From: Squalus acanthias
Taxonomy: Eukaryota
Assembly (NCBI GenBank): GCA_030390025.1
Contig: CM059444.1
Location: forward strand, 61,938,001-62,002,000
Reading direction: 5' to 3'
Length of the DNA stretch: 64,000 nt
Within the stretch, counting starts at the first letter, position 1; every line of letters begins with the position of its first letter. Under the pieces are notes generated by a model. The model saw only the letters and a list, made by a program, of their open reading frames with translations. It had not been told where the DNA came from and made no database searches. Both the position numbers and the translations under genes were made by a program. Shown in pieces: positions 10,515 through 22,945 of this stretch.

Positions 10515-10917
10515 CTGCAGAAAGAAGACAGGAGCAAACCCGAGTTAGGCCTCCGTCTGAAAACAATTCTTCAATCCCCTGGTGGCATTTCGCTAGAATC
10601 ACACAATTTCAGTTCAAGCAGTTGTACGGTAGCTTAGTCAGTCAATGACGGCACTCTGAGGGTTCCCTGCTGCCTCAGTGGGTACATGCACCATGTGGTG
10701 TGACACTGAGCCACACAAGAGCAGGAAGGTCACAAGTGTCATCCATGGCCTGTGTTGAATTAGCAGATTTCAGCCAGGGTAACGGTTCGGGGTGAGGGGA
10801 TCGATAATCAGCCAGGGCTCCCATTGCTCGTCACTATCCAGTGAACCCTCTGGATACTCGGTGAGAACAGGCATAGCTGTGACAACCACTTGTGCTGGAA
10901 TAGCTCACTGATCTCCA

Positions 10918-11522
10918 CGCACACACACACACTCGCACGCACACAGACACACACTCGCGCGCGCAGACACACGCACACACTCGCGCGCGCAGACACGCAC
11001 ACACTCGTGCGCGCAGACACACGCACACACTCGCGCGCGCAGACACACGCACACACTCGCGCGCGCAGACACACGCACACACTCGCGCGCGCAGACACAC
11101 GCGCACTCGCGCGCGCAGACACACGCACACACTCGCGCGCGCAGACACACGCACACACTCGCGCGCGCAGACACACGCACACACTCGCGCGCGCAGACAC
11201 ACGCACACACTCGCGCGCGCAGACACACGCACACACTCGCGCGCGCAGACACACGCACACACTCGCGCGCGCAGACACACGCACACACTCGCGCGCGCAG
11301 ACACACGCACACACTCGCGCGCGCAGACACGCGCACGCACACACTCGCGCGCGCAGACACACACACACTCGCGCGCGCAGACACGCACACACTCGCGCGC
11401 GCAGACACACGCACACACTCGCGCGCGCAGACACACGCACACACTCGCGCGCGCAGACACACGCACACACTCGTGTGCGCAGACACACGCACACACTCGT
11501 GTGCGCAGACACACGCACACAC
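10918..11522. repeat. 26-bp CpG-rich minisatellite (ACACACTCGCGCGCGCAGACACACGC)n, about 23 units
   Basis: Directly visible, with period 26 (e.g. AGAC at 11041 and 11067). Confidence 0.95.
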
Positions 11523-11831
11523 TCAGTCATTTGCCAGCTGAACAAATCCAGTTTCAACATTAAACACAAGGAAACTAAAGAAATATCGACCCAAATAGAA
11601 CGACGGGACTTCAATTTGACCCGTGTGGAGACCTGGATATCTCATAGGCAGCTGCAATGCTCGTGAGTTATGCTGCCTCTCTCACCCTTTATGTCACATG
11701 GCCTTTCCATTAAGTGATGGGGGGGCGTCGATTATGGTGGGGGGGAGTGGTGAGGGTAGGGGGGGTGGGAACAAGTGGGTCAACTACATGGACTCTTCAG
11801 ACGATAAGCTCCGGCTTTATTCAGTCCTCAC

Positions 11832-12071
11832 CTTCAGTATAACCGGGGAGCTGGGCTTCAGCTCAAGAGACCCAGAAGGGCTCAGCAGCTCAAAGATTGG
11901 GTCTGGGTAGTAAACAAATCCCGTTCCATTGACGACGAGCACTGATTGGACGTTGTCCATGACGAAGCCAATCTCGTCCGGCTGAGCTGCATTTTCTAAT
12001 GAGCTTCGTCCACTGTTTGCGATGGATGGAGCCTTGCAGACCATGGCGGTATCATTCAACACCTTACATTC
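11832..12071 (-). CDS. PLXNA1: Plexin-A1-like exon, IPT/TIG domain
   Basis: 240 nt, ctacag|GAA...AAG|gtgagg. [80 protein letters not shown]. Phase 0 to 0. Confidence 0.93.
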
Positions 12072-13374
12072 CTGTAGCGGGCACAAAGTCTCTGTTACAC
12101 ATTAGTTAACAATAACTTGCAATTATACAGCGCCTTTAACGTAGTAAAACGTCACAAGGTGTTTCACAGGAGCGTAATCAGACACAATTTGACACCAAGC
12201 CAGAGAGAGATATTAAGGAACATAGGAACAGGAGGAGGCCATTCAGCCCCTCGAGCCTGTTCCGCCATTCAATTAGGTCATGGCTGATCTGCGACCTAAC
12301 TCCGTCCACTGCCTTAGCTCCGTAACCCTTAATATCCTCGCTAACAAAAATCTGTCCATCTCAAGTTCCAAAATTTTCGATTGACCCCTCCCATTTTAGG
12401 CAGGGGAAGAGTAAGGAAGGAAGATATTCGGACAGGTGACCAAGAGCTTGGTCAAAGAGGTAGGTTTTAAGGAGCCTCTTAAAGGAGGAGAGGGCATTCC
12501 AGAGCTGCGGCAAAGTGTCAACATTCAAGCAATTGAGAAGCAACTTGTATTTAATTATCTTGCATAATGGATTACTTGGAACTTCAGCGAGTGTTAGGGA
12601 GCCAACCAGGCAGCAACATCGCATAAGCAGCCACAGCCAATCCGTTTATGGTGGCATTGGTTGAGGGAAAGAACATTAGTCAAGACAGCGGGAGGTCTCC
12701 CCACTCTTCTTCAGTTGGTGGCAATGGGGGTCTTCCAGCACGCAACTCAACGGCCCATTCGAAGTACGGCATCTCCAACCACGTCGCACTCCGCTCAGCG
12801 CGGCACGACACGGCAATGGCGGCCTAGATCTTGAGCCCGAAATCTGGGGCTTCGCCCGCAACCCTCTGACCCACAGGCAGCGGCGCTGGTCAGGATGCGA
12901 ATATTAGTCCCAAAACCTCAGTAATGGCGCCCAGGTCTCTCCAGCTCCTGTGGGTTTTCACTCCCGCGAGCAACACACTGAATTTCCGTTAAGCTGCATT
13001 TCCCCCACAAGGACCTTGTGGCAAATATAAAGGCGCCGGAATGTTTAAGACACTGAAACCTTCTTTTTCTATTACTTGGGTGAAAATTTGCAGTTATTAA
13101 AAATATATTAATGAATATTTACCAGTGTATAAAGGATGGCGGACAAAGTGCATTGCGTGGCTTAGAGGCTCTAATAACTGATGCGCATGTATTTCTCACC
13201 AGTCACAGTCGACTGTTTAGAGTGATTAGAATGTGGAACTCGCTACCAGGAGGAGTGGTTGAGGCAAACAGTATAGAGGCATTTACGGGGAAGCTGGATA
13301 AACACACAAGGGAGAAAGGAATAGAAGGATATGCTGATAGGGTTGAGAGGAAGAGGAACTATGAAATGTATATC

Positions 13375-15233
13375 AAGGAACATAAAACAAAATAGTAAAA
13401 TATTTTACAGGCACGTAAAAAAAAAATGGAAGGTCGGAATGGGAATAGGGCCACTCAGGGATGGAGAGGATAATACCACAGGCAGTGATAGGGAGATGGC
13501 AGAGATATGAAATAATTACTTTGCTTCAGTATTTAGCAGGGAGATAGAACAGGTGGAGATGGCATCGGATGATGAGATTAGTAATGAGATAAATGCATTT
13601 AAAATCAAACGAGGAGATATATTAACTAAACTAATGAAACTCAAAGAGGATAAAACCCCTGGTCCGAACAGATTACATCCGCGCATTTTCAAAGAATCTC
13701 GGGAAGAAATAGCAGAGGCATTACTACATATATTTAATAATTCGTTAAAAAAAAGGTGTAGTGCCAGAGGACTGGCGGATCGCTAACGTAATACCGATAT
13801 TTAAGAAGGGGGATAGAACATGTCCAGGAAACTATAGACCAGTCAGCTTAACATCGGTGGTAGAAAAAATAATGGAATCCCTACTAAAGGAGAAAATAGA
13901 ACATCTCGAAACCAAAAATATAATAATGAATAGTCAGCATGGATTTCAAAAGGGAAAGTCTTGCTTAACCAACCTAATTGAATTTTTTGAAGAGGTAAAC
14001 AGAGAGAGGAGACAAGGGTAATGCAGTAGATGTAATTTATCTAGATTTTCAAAAGGCCTTCGATAAGGTACCTCATAATAGACTGATGAACAAGGTCAGG
14101 GAATGCAGAGTCAGGGGACAAGTAGCAGAATGCATAGCTAGCTGGCTTCAGGACAGAAAGCAGAGAGTAGGGGTAAAGGGTAGCTATTCACAGTGGCAGA
14201 AGGTGGGTAGTGATGATCCACAAGGATCAGTGCTGGGACCACTGTTGTTCACAATTTATATTAACGATTTAGACTTTGGAATCAAAAACACAATTTCTAA
14301 ATTTGCGGACACCACCAATTTTTTTTGGGGGGGGAGATAGTCAATACTGAGGAGGACTGCAACAAATTACAAGAAGACATTAATAAACTTGCAGAATGGG
14401 CATATAATTGGCAAATGAAATTCAACAGAGATAAATGTGAGGTGTTACATTTTGGTAAGAAAAATAGGGAGGTCACACATTACTTGGAAAATAAGAATCT
14501 AAATAGGGTAGAGGAACAAAGGAATCTCGGAGTACAAATACACAAATCACGAAAAGTATCGACACAGGTTAGCAAGGCCATAAAAAAGCAAGCCAAGCAC
14601 TAGGGTTTATTTCTAGAGGGATAGTATTGAAAAGTAGTGAAGTTATGCTAAACCTGTATCGAACCTTGGTTCGACCACACTTGGAGTACTGCGTACAGTT
14701 CTGGTCGCCAAATTATAAAAAGGATATAGAGGCACTGGAGAGGATGCAGAGAAGATTTATAAAGATGACACCAGAAATGCGAGGGTATACCTATCAGGAA
14801 AGGATGAACAGGCTGGGTCACTTTTCTCTTGGAAAGAGAAGGCTGAGGGGTGACCTAATAGAGGTCTTTAAAATCATGAAAGGTTTTGATAGAGTGGATA
14901 CAGAGAGAGTATTTCCACTTGTGGGGAAGAGCAAAACTAGAGGCCATCAATCTAAAATAGTCTCCAAGAAATCAGATAGGGAATTCAGAAGAAACTTCTT
15001 TACCCAGAGTGGTGAGAATGTGGAACTTGCTACCACAGGGGGTTGAAGCGAATATTATACATGCATTTAAAGGGTGGTTAGATAAGCATATGAGGGAGAA
15101 GGGAATAGAGGGTTATGCTGATAGGGTTAGTGGAGGAAAGACAGGAGGAGGCTCGAGTGGAGCATAAACGCTGGTATGGACTGGTTGGGCCGAATGGCCT
15201 GTTTCTGTGCCGAATATCCTATGTAATCCTATG
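13375..15233 (+). mobile_element. Decayed CR1 LINE, ~1.9 kb of ORF2 plus 3' UTR
   Basis: Five consecutive frameshifted ORFs (13553-15046) carry RT motifs NYRPVSLTS, QHGF, PQGSVLGP, FAD and RPHLEYC. It sits inside another CR1 tail (about 13215-13350 and 15235-15332). Confidence 0.92.
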
Positions 15234-15474
15234 AAGAGGGGTGGGAAGAGGCTCATGTGGAGCATACACACCGGCATGGACCAGTTGGTCTGAATTACCT
15301 GTTTTTGTGTTGAACAAGCTATGTAATTCTATGTACAGTACTGAGTAGAATCCACATGGGCTGACGCAGAAATTGTCCCACATTCCTCAAATTCCAAGCT
15401 CTCTGTCAAACTTGCCATCTGCGTCTTAAGACTCTTGGGATCGTGTGTTACTAAAATTAAGTTTGTATACTCAC

Positions 15475-15568
15475 ATTGGTTGACTGTACACTGCCATATT
15501 TCGCTCGAATCTTCGGCTCCTGGATTGTGGCGAGGTTGGTACCTGTTACAGTGTGTGGTGTCCCACCA
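15475..15568 (-). CDS. PLXNA1: Plexin-A1-like exon, IPT/TIG domain
   Basis: 94 nt, atgaag|T GGT...AAT|gtgagt. [31 protein letters not shown]. Phase 2 to 0. This frame is absent from the ORF track. Confidence 0.9.
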
Positions 15569-15805
15569 CTTCATGTAGGGATGGAGGGAAAGAAAGAAAG
15601 AGAGAGAGAAGAGAGAGAGAAAAATAGGTAAATTAGTTCATGGATTGGAATTTTATTCAGCTTCCCCAAGCATGGAGGTCTTCATCTACCCCCACATACT
15701 CGCCGACTCCCACTTCTGTTCTGCAGGCAGACATTCCCATAAGTCCTGCTTGTCCACCACTACCTCATTCAAGGGGCCATTCTTCTCATACGAACCAGCA
15801 TATTA

Positions 15806-16240
15806 CCGTGGCTCAGTAGATAGCAGTCTCTTGTCTGAGTCAGAAGGTTGTGGGTTCAAGTCCCACTCCAGAGACATGAGCGCAAAAATCCAGGCTGACT
15901 CTCCAGTGCGGTACTGAGGGAGCGCCGCACTGTCGGAGGTACCGTCTTTCAGTTGAGACGTTAAACTGAGGCGCCGTCTGCCCTCTCAGGAGGATGTAAA
16001 AGATACCATAGCACTATTTGAAGAGCAGGGGAGTTCTCCCCGGTGTCCTGGGGCCAATATTTATCACTCAATCAACATCACCAATACAGATCATCGGGTC
16101 ATTATCACATGGCTGTTTGCGGGAGCTTGCTGTGCGCAAATTGGCTCCCGCGTTTCCTACATTACAACAGTGACTCCACTTCAAAAAGTACTTCATTGGC
16201 TGTAAAGCGCTTTGGGGAGGCTGAGGTGGTGAAATGGCGC
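15806..16240 (+). mobile_element. Deu-domain SINE, single-unit copy
   Basis: Head CCGTGGCTCAGTAG...GGTTCAAGTCCC, Deu block and tail. Confidence 0.85.
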
Positions 16241-16484
16241 AAGAAAATGTTGTCAAGCTACTGGCCTGAGGGTGAAGGAAAGGATCCACTGCAGTGAAGC
16301 CCGTCGTCACCCAGGCTGCACACAGGGGTTACAAATTCAACTTTGGCGGCAGCGCTAATCAGGCGCCAGCGAATCGGCAGCCCCGTTTAACACTCCCTCC
16401 AAGTTTCTTTTCCATTGAAGTCAACAGGAAAGAAAATTGGGCAGAGTGTAAAAGCAGGCTGCCATTCTCTGCTGCTGTCCAACA

Positions 16485-17550
16485 ACTACTTGTATTTATA
16501 TAGCGCCTTTAAGATAGTAAAACATCCCAAGGCGCTTCACTGTAAGACAAAAAAAATTTGACACCGAGCCACATAAGGCGATATTAGGGCAGGTGACCAA
16601 AAACTTGGTCAAAGAGGTAGGTTTTAAGGATCGACTTAAAGGAGGAAAGAGAGGTAGTGAGGCGGAGAGGTTTAGGCAGGGAATTCCAGAGCTTAGGGCC
16701 TTGGCAACAGAAGGCACGGCCAGCAATGGTTGAGCGATTATAATCAGGGATGCTCAAGAGGGCAGAATTAGAGGAGCGCAGATATCTCGGGGGTTTGTTG
16801 GACTGGAGGAGATTACACAGATAGTGAGAGGCGAGGCCATGGCGTGGGGGGGGGGGGGGCAAGGCCATGGAGGGATTTGAAAACAAGGATGAGAATTTTG
16901 AAATCGAGGCGTTGCTTAACCGGGAGCCAATGTAGGTCGGCGAGCACAGGGGTGATGGGTGAACGGGACTTGGTGCGAGTTAGGACACGGGCAGCCGAGT
17001 TTTGGATGACCTCAAGTTTACGTAGGGTAGAACGTGGGAGGCCGGCCAGGAGTGCGTTGGAATAGTCGGAATAATGAGAATTAGGACAGATGTCCAAAAG
17101 CTTGGTCAAAAAGGTAGGTTTTAAGGAGTGTCTTAAAGGAGAAGAGAGAGTTGGAGAGCAATGTTCCCCCTAATTTTTTTCTGGGTGCGCGGTCCCGTTA
17201 ACAGGCTGCGCGGCCCATTCAAAGTTTCACACGTGCGCAAAATTTCGCATTTGAAAAGCCAGTCCCGGGCTGCACGTGACTGGCAGACAGCCACGCAGCT
17301 TAGAGGGAACGTTGGTAGAGAGGCGGAGAGGTTTAGGGAGGGAATTCCAGAGCTTAGGGCCCAGGCAGCTGAAGGCACGGCCGCCAATGGTGGAGCGATT
17401 AAAATCGGGGATGCTCAAGAGGCCAGAATTGGAGGAGCGCAGAGATCTCGGGGGGGGCGGTTGTAGGGCTGGAGGAGGTTACATAGATAGGGAGGGGCGA
17501 GGGCGTGGAGGGATTTGAAAACAAGGACGGGAATTTTAAAATCGAGGCAT
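16485..17550 (-). mobile_element. Two tandem L2 3' fragments, the second interrupted by a MITE
   Basis: DYSNALLAGLP...LEVIQNSAARVLTRTKSRSPITPVLADLHWLPVKQRLDFKIL. Confidence 0.85.
17159..17314 (+). mobile_element. hAT-type MITE family A
   Basis: TIRs CAATGTTCCCCTAA and TTAGAGGGAACGTTG. Flanks TTGGAGAG/GTAGAGAG form a degenerate 8-bp TSD. Confidence 0.7.
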
Positions 17551-18530
17551 TACCGAAGATGAATTTCTACCCACACACTCGGCAGCAGGTTTGATGCGTG
17601 ATGATGGCAGCACCATGACAGCACCCACTCCGGTGCCAATCGGACACTGCCAGCTCCCACACCCAGCCATCCCTGTGTCCTCTGGAGCAGCGCCAACTTC
17701 TGGGCATTTAAAACTGGAGATTCGAATCATAGAATCATACAGCACAGAGGACGGCCATTTGGCCCATCGCGCCTGCGCCGGCTCTTTGAAAGGGCTATCC
17801 AATTAATCATCCCACTCCCCCCTGCTTTTTCCCCATAGCCCCGCAATTCTTTTCCCCCTTCAAGTATTTATCCAATTCCTCTTTGAAAGTCACTATTGAA
17901 TCTGCTTCCATCGCCCTTTCAGGCAGCGCATTCCAGATCACAACAACTCGCTGCGTAATTCTTTTTTGGTCATGTCGCCTCTGGTGCGTTTGAAAATTAT
18001 CTTAAATCTGCAAAGAATTGGATCAGCCAAGAATTCCCTTCTCTGTCATTTTTCCCTGGTTTTTATTTTTATTTAAAGGAAGCGATGGCAGTCTTTGGGG
18101 ATGGAACACTTGCCCACCTTTTCCCAGATTAAGATTTCCCATGGCAGGAGAATGAACTGCTTATATTCTTACTCTACAAGGCACGTTAACCCCAAACTCC
18201 TAACAGCACCCACTATCGCAGCAGCGTTCATATCCTCCAATTCCAACCCCTCTTTGAATAAGTCACACACACCATCCTGACTTGGAAGTATATCGCCCGT
18301 TCCTTCAATCGTCGCTGGGTCAAATTCCTGGAACTCCCTCCCTAACAGCACTGTGGGAGGACCTTCACCACACGGACTGCAGCGGTTCAAGAAGGCGGCT
18401 CAACCACCACCTTCTCAAGGGCAATTAGGGATGGGCAATAAATGCTGGCCTTGCCGGTGACGCCGACAACCCGAGAATTAATAAAGCAAAAGATCAACTA
18501 ATGACTACCCTCCATGGAATGGGCAGGAAT

Positions 18531-18752
18531 CTCTACAACTATGTATAGCATAGGACTGAAACATCACTAAGCTCTACAACTATGTATAGCATAGGACTGA
18601 AACATCACTAAGCTCTACAACTATGTATAGCATAGTCTTGAAACATCACTAAGCTCTACAACTATGTATGACATAGTTTTCAATCATCTCTAATCTGTAC
18701 AACAAAGTATAACATAAGCCTGAAACATGTCTAATCTCTGCAACAACGTATA
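18531..18752. repeat. 41-bp tandem repeat, about 5.5 units
   Basis: CTCTACAACTATGTATAGCATAGGACTGAAACATCACTAAG at 18531, 18572, 18613 and 18654, then degenerating. Confidence 0.9.
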
Positions 18753-19599
18753 GAGTTTTGGATTTTAAGGTAATCAAGGGATATGCTGATAGGGCGGGAA
18801 AGTGGAGTTGAGGTCGAAGATCAGCAGGCTCGAGGGGCTATATGGCCTACTCCTATTTCTTATATTCTTATATAAGGGGGATGTGGGGGGGGAAGAGAAG
18901 TCGTTGGTCGCGCTCACTTGGGAGTCCTCATGCCTTGGTACTTGTCAACCTACAACCAAGCTCTTTGGGTTTAGGTACACCAGGTGCCCTGAAGGGTAGT
19001 AGGCACTCTGTAAACAGAAACAGAAACCTGATCTGTGTAGATTTCTCAGTCATCGGTTGGAGGTCTCGTAATGTCAGAATCCCAGCAGAATGGAAAATGC
19101 CAATTGGAGCCGAATTATGGACAGTTTAGTGCGATTGTTCTGTGCTCATTAGGAATGAATTTTAAATTGTCCCAAAGTCATTTCATATTACATAGAATTA
19201 CACAGAATGTACAGCAAGGAAATGGGCCATTCGGCCCAACTGGTCCGTGCCGGTATTTATGCTCCACACGAGCCTCCTCCCACCCCTCTTCATCTCACTC
19301 CATCAGCATATCCTTCTATTCCTTTCTCCATCGTGTGTTTATCCAGCTTCCCCTTAAATGCATCTCTGCTATTCGCCTCAACCACTCCCTGTGGTTGCGA
19401 GTTCCACATTCTCACCACTCTCTGGGTAAAGAAGTTTCCCCTGAATTCCCGATTGGATTTGTAAGTGACTGTCTTATATTTATGGCCCCTTGTTTTGAAA
19501 AGAAAAATAGGCAGGGCTATGAGGAAAGAGCGGGGTGGGTGGCGGAGGAGTGAGACTAATTGGGATGGCTCACCAGCACGGGCACGATGGAGCAGTCCA

Positions 19600-20410
19600 T
19601 GCCCGCAGGCAACAAGACCTGGATGACGTTCAGGCTTGGGCTGATAAGTGGCAGGTAACATTCGCGCCACTGAAGTGCCAGGCAATGACCACCTCCCCTT
19701 GACATTCAACGGTATTGCCATCGTCGAATCCCCCACCATCAACATCCTGGGGGTCACCATTAACCAGAAACTTAACTGGACCAGCCACATAAATACTGTG
19801 GCAACAAGAGCAGGTCAGAGGCTGGGTATTCTGCGGCGAGTGTCTCACCTCCTGACTCCCCAAAGCCTTTCCACCATCTACAAGGTACAAGTAAGGAGTG
19901 TGATGGAATACTCTCCACTTGCCTGGATGAGTGCAGCTCCAACAACACTCGAGAAGTTCGACACCATCCAGGACAAAGCAGCCCGCTTGATTGGCACCCC
20001 ATCCACCACCTTAAACATTCACTCCCTCCACCACCAGCGTACCGTGGCTGCAGTGTGTACCATCTACAAGATGCACTGCAGCAACTCGCCAAGGCTTCTT
20101 CGGCAGCACCTCCCGAACCCGCGACCTCTTCCACCTAGAAGGGCAAGGGCAGCAGGCGCATGGGAACACCACCACCTCCAAGTTCCCCTCCAAGTCATAC
20201 ACCATCCTGACTTAGAAGTATATCGCCGATCCTTCATCGTCGCTGGGTCAAAATCCTGGAACTCCCTACCTAACAGCACTGTGGGAGTACCTTCACCACA
20301 CGGACTGCAGCGGTTCAAGGCGGTGGCTCACCACCACCTTCTCAAGGGCAACTAGGGATGAGCAATAAATGCTGGCCTTGCCAGCGATGCCCACATCCCA
20401 TAAAAAACGA
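19600..20410 (+). mobile_element. CR1-Zenon-like LINE 3' end
   Basis: ORF 19648-20355: NILGVTINQKLNWTSHI...YKVQVRSVMEYSPLAWMSAAPTTLEKFDTIQDKAARLI...SLHHQRTVAAVCTIYKMH, a LINE ORF2 C-terminus resembling the Zenon-like CR1 group as recalled. Confidence 0.75.
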
Positions 20411-21012
20411 ATTTTTAAAAATGGCCTCCTTTTCTGTGCTGTAAGATTCAGGAGTTTGGAAAGAGAGGAGGTCACGAGAACTTCAAGGTTGCAGACTTTT
20501 GAGAAAATGGGACATTTAAGATTTTAAAAGGCTCAATCTAACCTACTCAGCCAAAAAGAATCGAAAATAAATAAATTACTAATGCACGATGTCCGTCTGT
20601 GAAGGGCAGTGAACAAAAAAAAAAGGCGACATTTATTCTGTTGTTTTGCGAAGGATTTCTCAGAGCGCACCATTAGTTCATGAATAATTCCCCAATTCCA
20701 CCGACAGCTTCCTCTCCTCAACGTAACACAAAATGACAGTGTCTGAAACCCAGGACTCTGACAGTGCCAAGTCAGCAGCTTGGCAAAGTGTGAGAACGCT
20801 GCCCGAGAAACCGCTTGTCCCCGTTGTGTTGCTGTAACCCAGAGCCCACGACCGGGGCCCAACGCACTCGCCGATGTTGCCCTCTGCGCAGTAGCTCTCA
20901 TGAATGACAGGAACAGGAGGAGGTCCATTCAGCTCCTCGAGCCTGTCCCACCATTCAATTAGATCGTGGCTGATCTGTACCTTAACTCTGTTTACCCACC
21001 TTAGCTCTACAC

Positions 21013-21166
21013 CAACGTTCCCGCTAAACTGCGCAGCGGTCTGGAGGTCCCGCGCAGGCTGCTCACTGGCTTTTATGTGGAGGAAACCGCACGTGCGCGA
21101 AAATTTGAAGGGGCCGCGCAGTCAGTTAAGGGACCGCGCACGAAAAAAAAATTAGGGGGAACATTG
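21013..21166 (-). mobile_element. hAT-type MITE family A
   Basis: CAACGTTCCC...GGGAACATTG with 8-bp TSD CTCTACAC/CTCTACAT. Confidence 0.75.
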
Positions 21167-21214
21167 CTCTACATCCCATGATACCCTTACCTAATAAAAC
21201 TCCGTCAATCTCAT

Positions 21215-21855
21215 AGGTTACTTGGTTACATAGGATATACGGCAGAGAAACAGGCCATCCGGCCCAATCAGTCCATGCTGGTGTTTATGCTCCACTCGAG
21301 CCTCCTCCCGTCTTTCCTCATCTAACTCCATCAGCATAACCCTCTATTCCCTTCTCCCTCATATGTTTCTCTAGCCTCCCCTTAAATGCATCTATACTAT
21401 TCGCTTCAACCACTCCCTGTGGTAGCGAGTTCCACATTCTAACCACTCTTTGGGTAAAGACGTTTCTTCTGAATTCCCTATTTCATTTCTTGGTGACTAT
21501 CTTATATTGATGGCCTCTAGTTTTGCTCTTCCCCACAAGTGGAAACACACTCTCTGTATCCACTCTATCAAAACCTTTCATAATTTTAAAGACCTCTATT
21601 AGGTCACCCCTCAGCCTTCTCTTTTCAAGAGAAAAGAGACCCAGCCTGTTCATCCTTTCCTGATAGGTATACCCTCGCATTTCTGGTATCATCCTTGTAA
21701 ATCTTCTCTGCAGCCTCTCCAGTGCCTCTATATCCATTTTATAACATGGCGACCAGAACTGTACGCAGTACTCCGTGTGGTCTAACCAAGGTTCGATACA
21801 GGTTTAGCATAACTTCCCTACTTTTCAATTCTATCCCTCTAGAAATAAACCCGAG
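21215..21855 (-). mobile_element. CR1 3' fragment, same subfamily as 13375-15233
   Basis: DIEALERLQRRFTRMIPEMRGYTYQERMNRLGLFSLEKRRLRGDLIEVFKIMKG. Confidence 0.88.
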
Positions 21856-22489
21856 TGTTCAGTCTTGAAAGCTTCAATTGTCCCCCAGCATCCACAGTCT
21901 TTTTGGGAGGAGAGAGTTCCAGACTTCCACTAAACTTTGTGCGTGGAAAAATTGCATCCTGATTTCACTCCTGAATGGCCTGGTTCTAATTTTAAGAATA
22001 TGCCCCCTTGTTCTGGAATCCTTCAATTAGTTTATGGTTTTGCTAAAAAAAAAATTAACATATAGAGGAATGCATTTCAAAGGAATGCTCCTATACTGGG
22101 AGTTAGATATCCCCTCAATGCCTAGTGTGAAACAGAATTCAACAAATCAGGAGGAATCTGGAACGCTCTCCCCCAAAAGCTGTTTAGGGCGGGGGGGGGG
22201 GTTCAATAGAAAATTTCAAAATTGGGATTGATAGATTTTTGTTAGGCAAGGGTATTAAGAGCTACGGAACCAAGGCGGGTATATGGATTGAGGTGCAGGT
22301 CAATCGTGATCTCACTGAATGGTGGAACGGGCTCCAGGGGCTGAATGGCCTCCTCCTGTTCCTACGTTCCACGTGTCGAGTTAGATGATATCAATCAAGG
22401 TAGTGGTAGGGTTGATACAACTGCCCCTCTGTTTCTCTTTCCTCCCCCACCCCCCTCGCCCTCCCTCCAGAAAGAAAGAAGAAAAAAAG

Positions 22490-22945
22490 AAAGACTTGCA
22501 TTTCTACAGCGCTTTTCACGGCCACCGGATGTCCCAAAGCTCTTTACAGCCAATGAAGTACTTTTTGAAGTGTAGTCACTGTTGTAATGTAGGAAACGCG
22601 GCAGCCAATTTGCGCACAGCAAGCTCCCACAAACAGCAATGTGATAATGACCAGATCATCTGTTTTTAGCGATTTGGTTGAGGGAAAAATATTGGCCTCA
22701 GGACACCGGGGATAACTCCCCTGCTCTTCTTCGAAATAGTGGCCGTTGGATCTTTTACGCCCATCTGAGCGCAGACGGGGCCTCGGTTTAACATCTAATC
22801 CGAAAGACGGCGCCTCTGACAGTGCAGCACTCCCTCAGTACTGGAGTGTCAGCCTAGATTTTTGTGCTCAAGTCTCTGGAGTGGGGACTTGAACCCCCAG
22901 CCTTCTGACTCAGAGGCGAGGGTGCTGCCCACTGAGCCACGGCCG
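22490..22945 (-). mobile_element. Deu-domain SINE
   Basis: Full reverse-complement copy. Confidence 0.85.

Noticed and set aside
10670-10790. Old tRNA-like SINE relic, with similar pieces near 4725, 26700, 58090-58210 and 63800
   Set aside because: Similarity is visible but too degraded to define boundaries or family without an alignment tool.
10808-11666. Cys/Arg/His-rich ORFs resembling metallothionein or keratin-associated proteins
   Set aside because: Translations of the 26-bp CA/CG minisatellite.
13375-15233. Intact reverse transcriptase gene or active LINE
   Set aside because: 5'-truncated with multiple frameshifts, so a dead CR1 copy.
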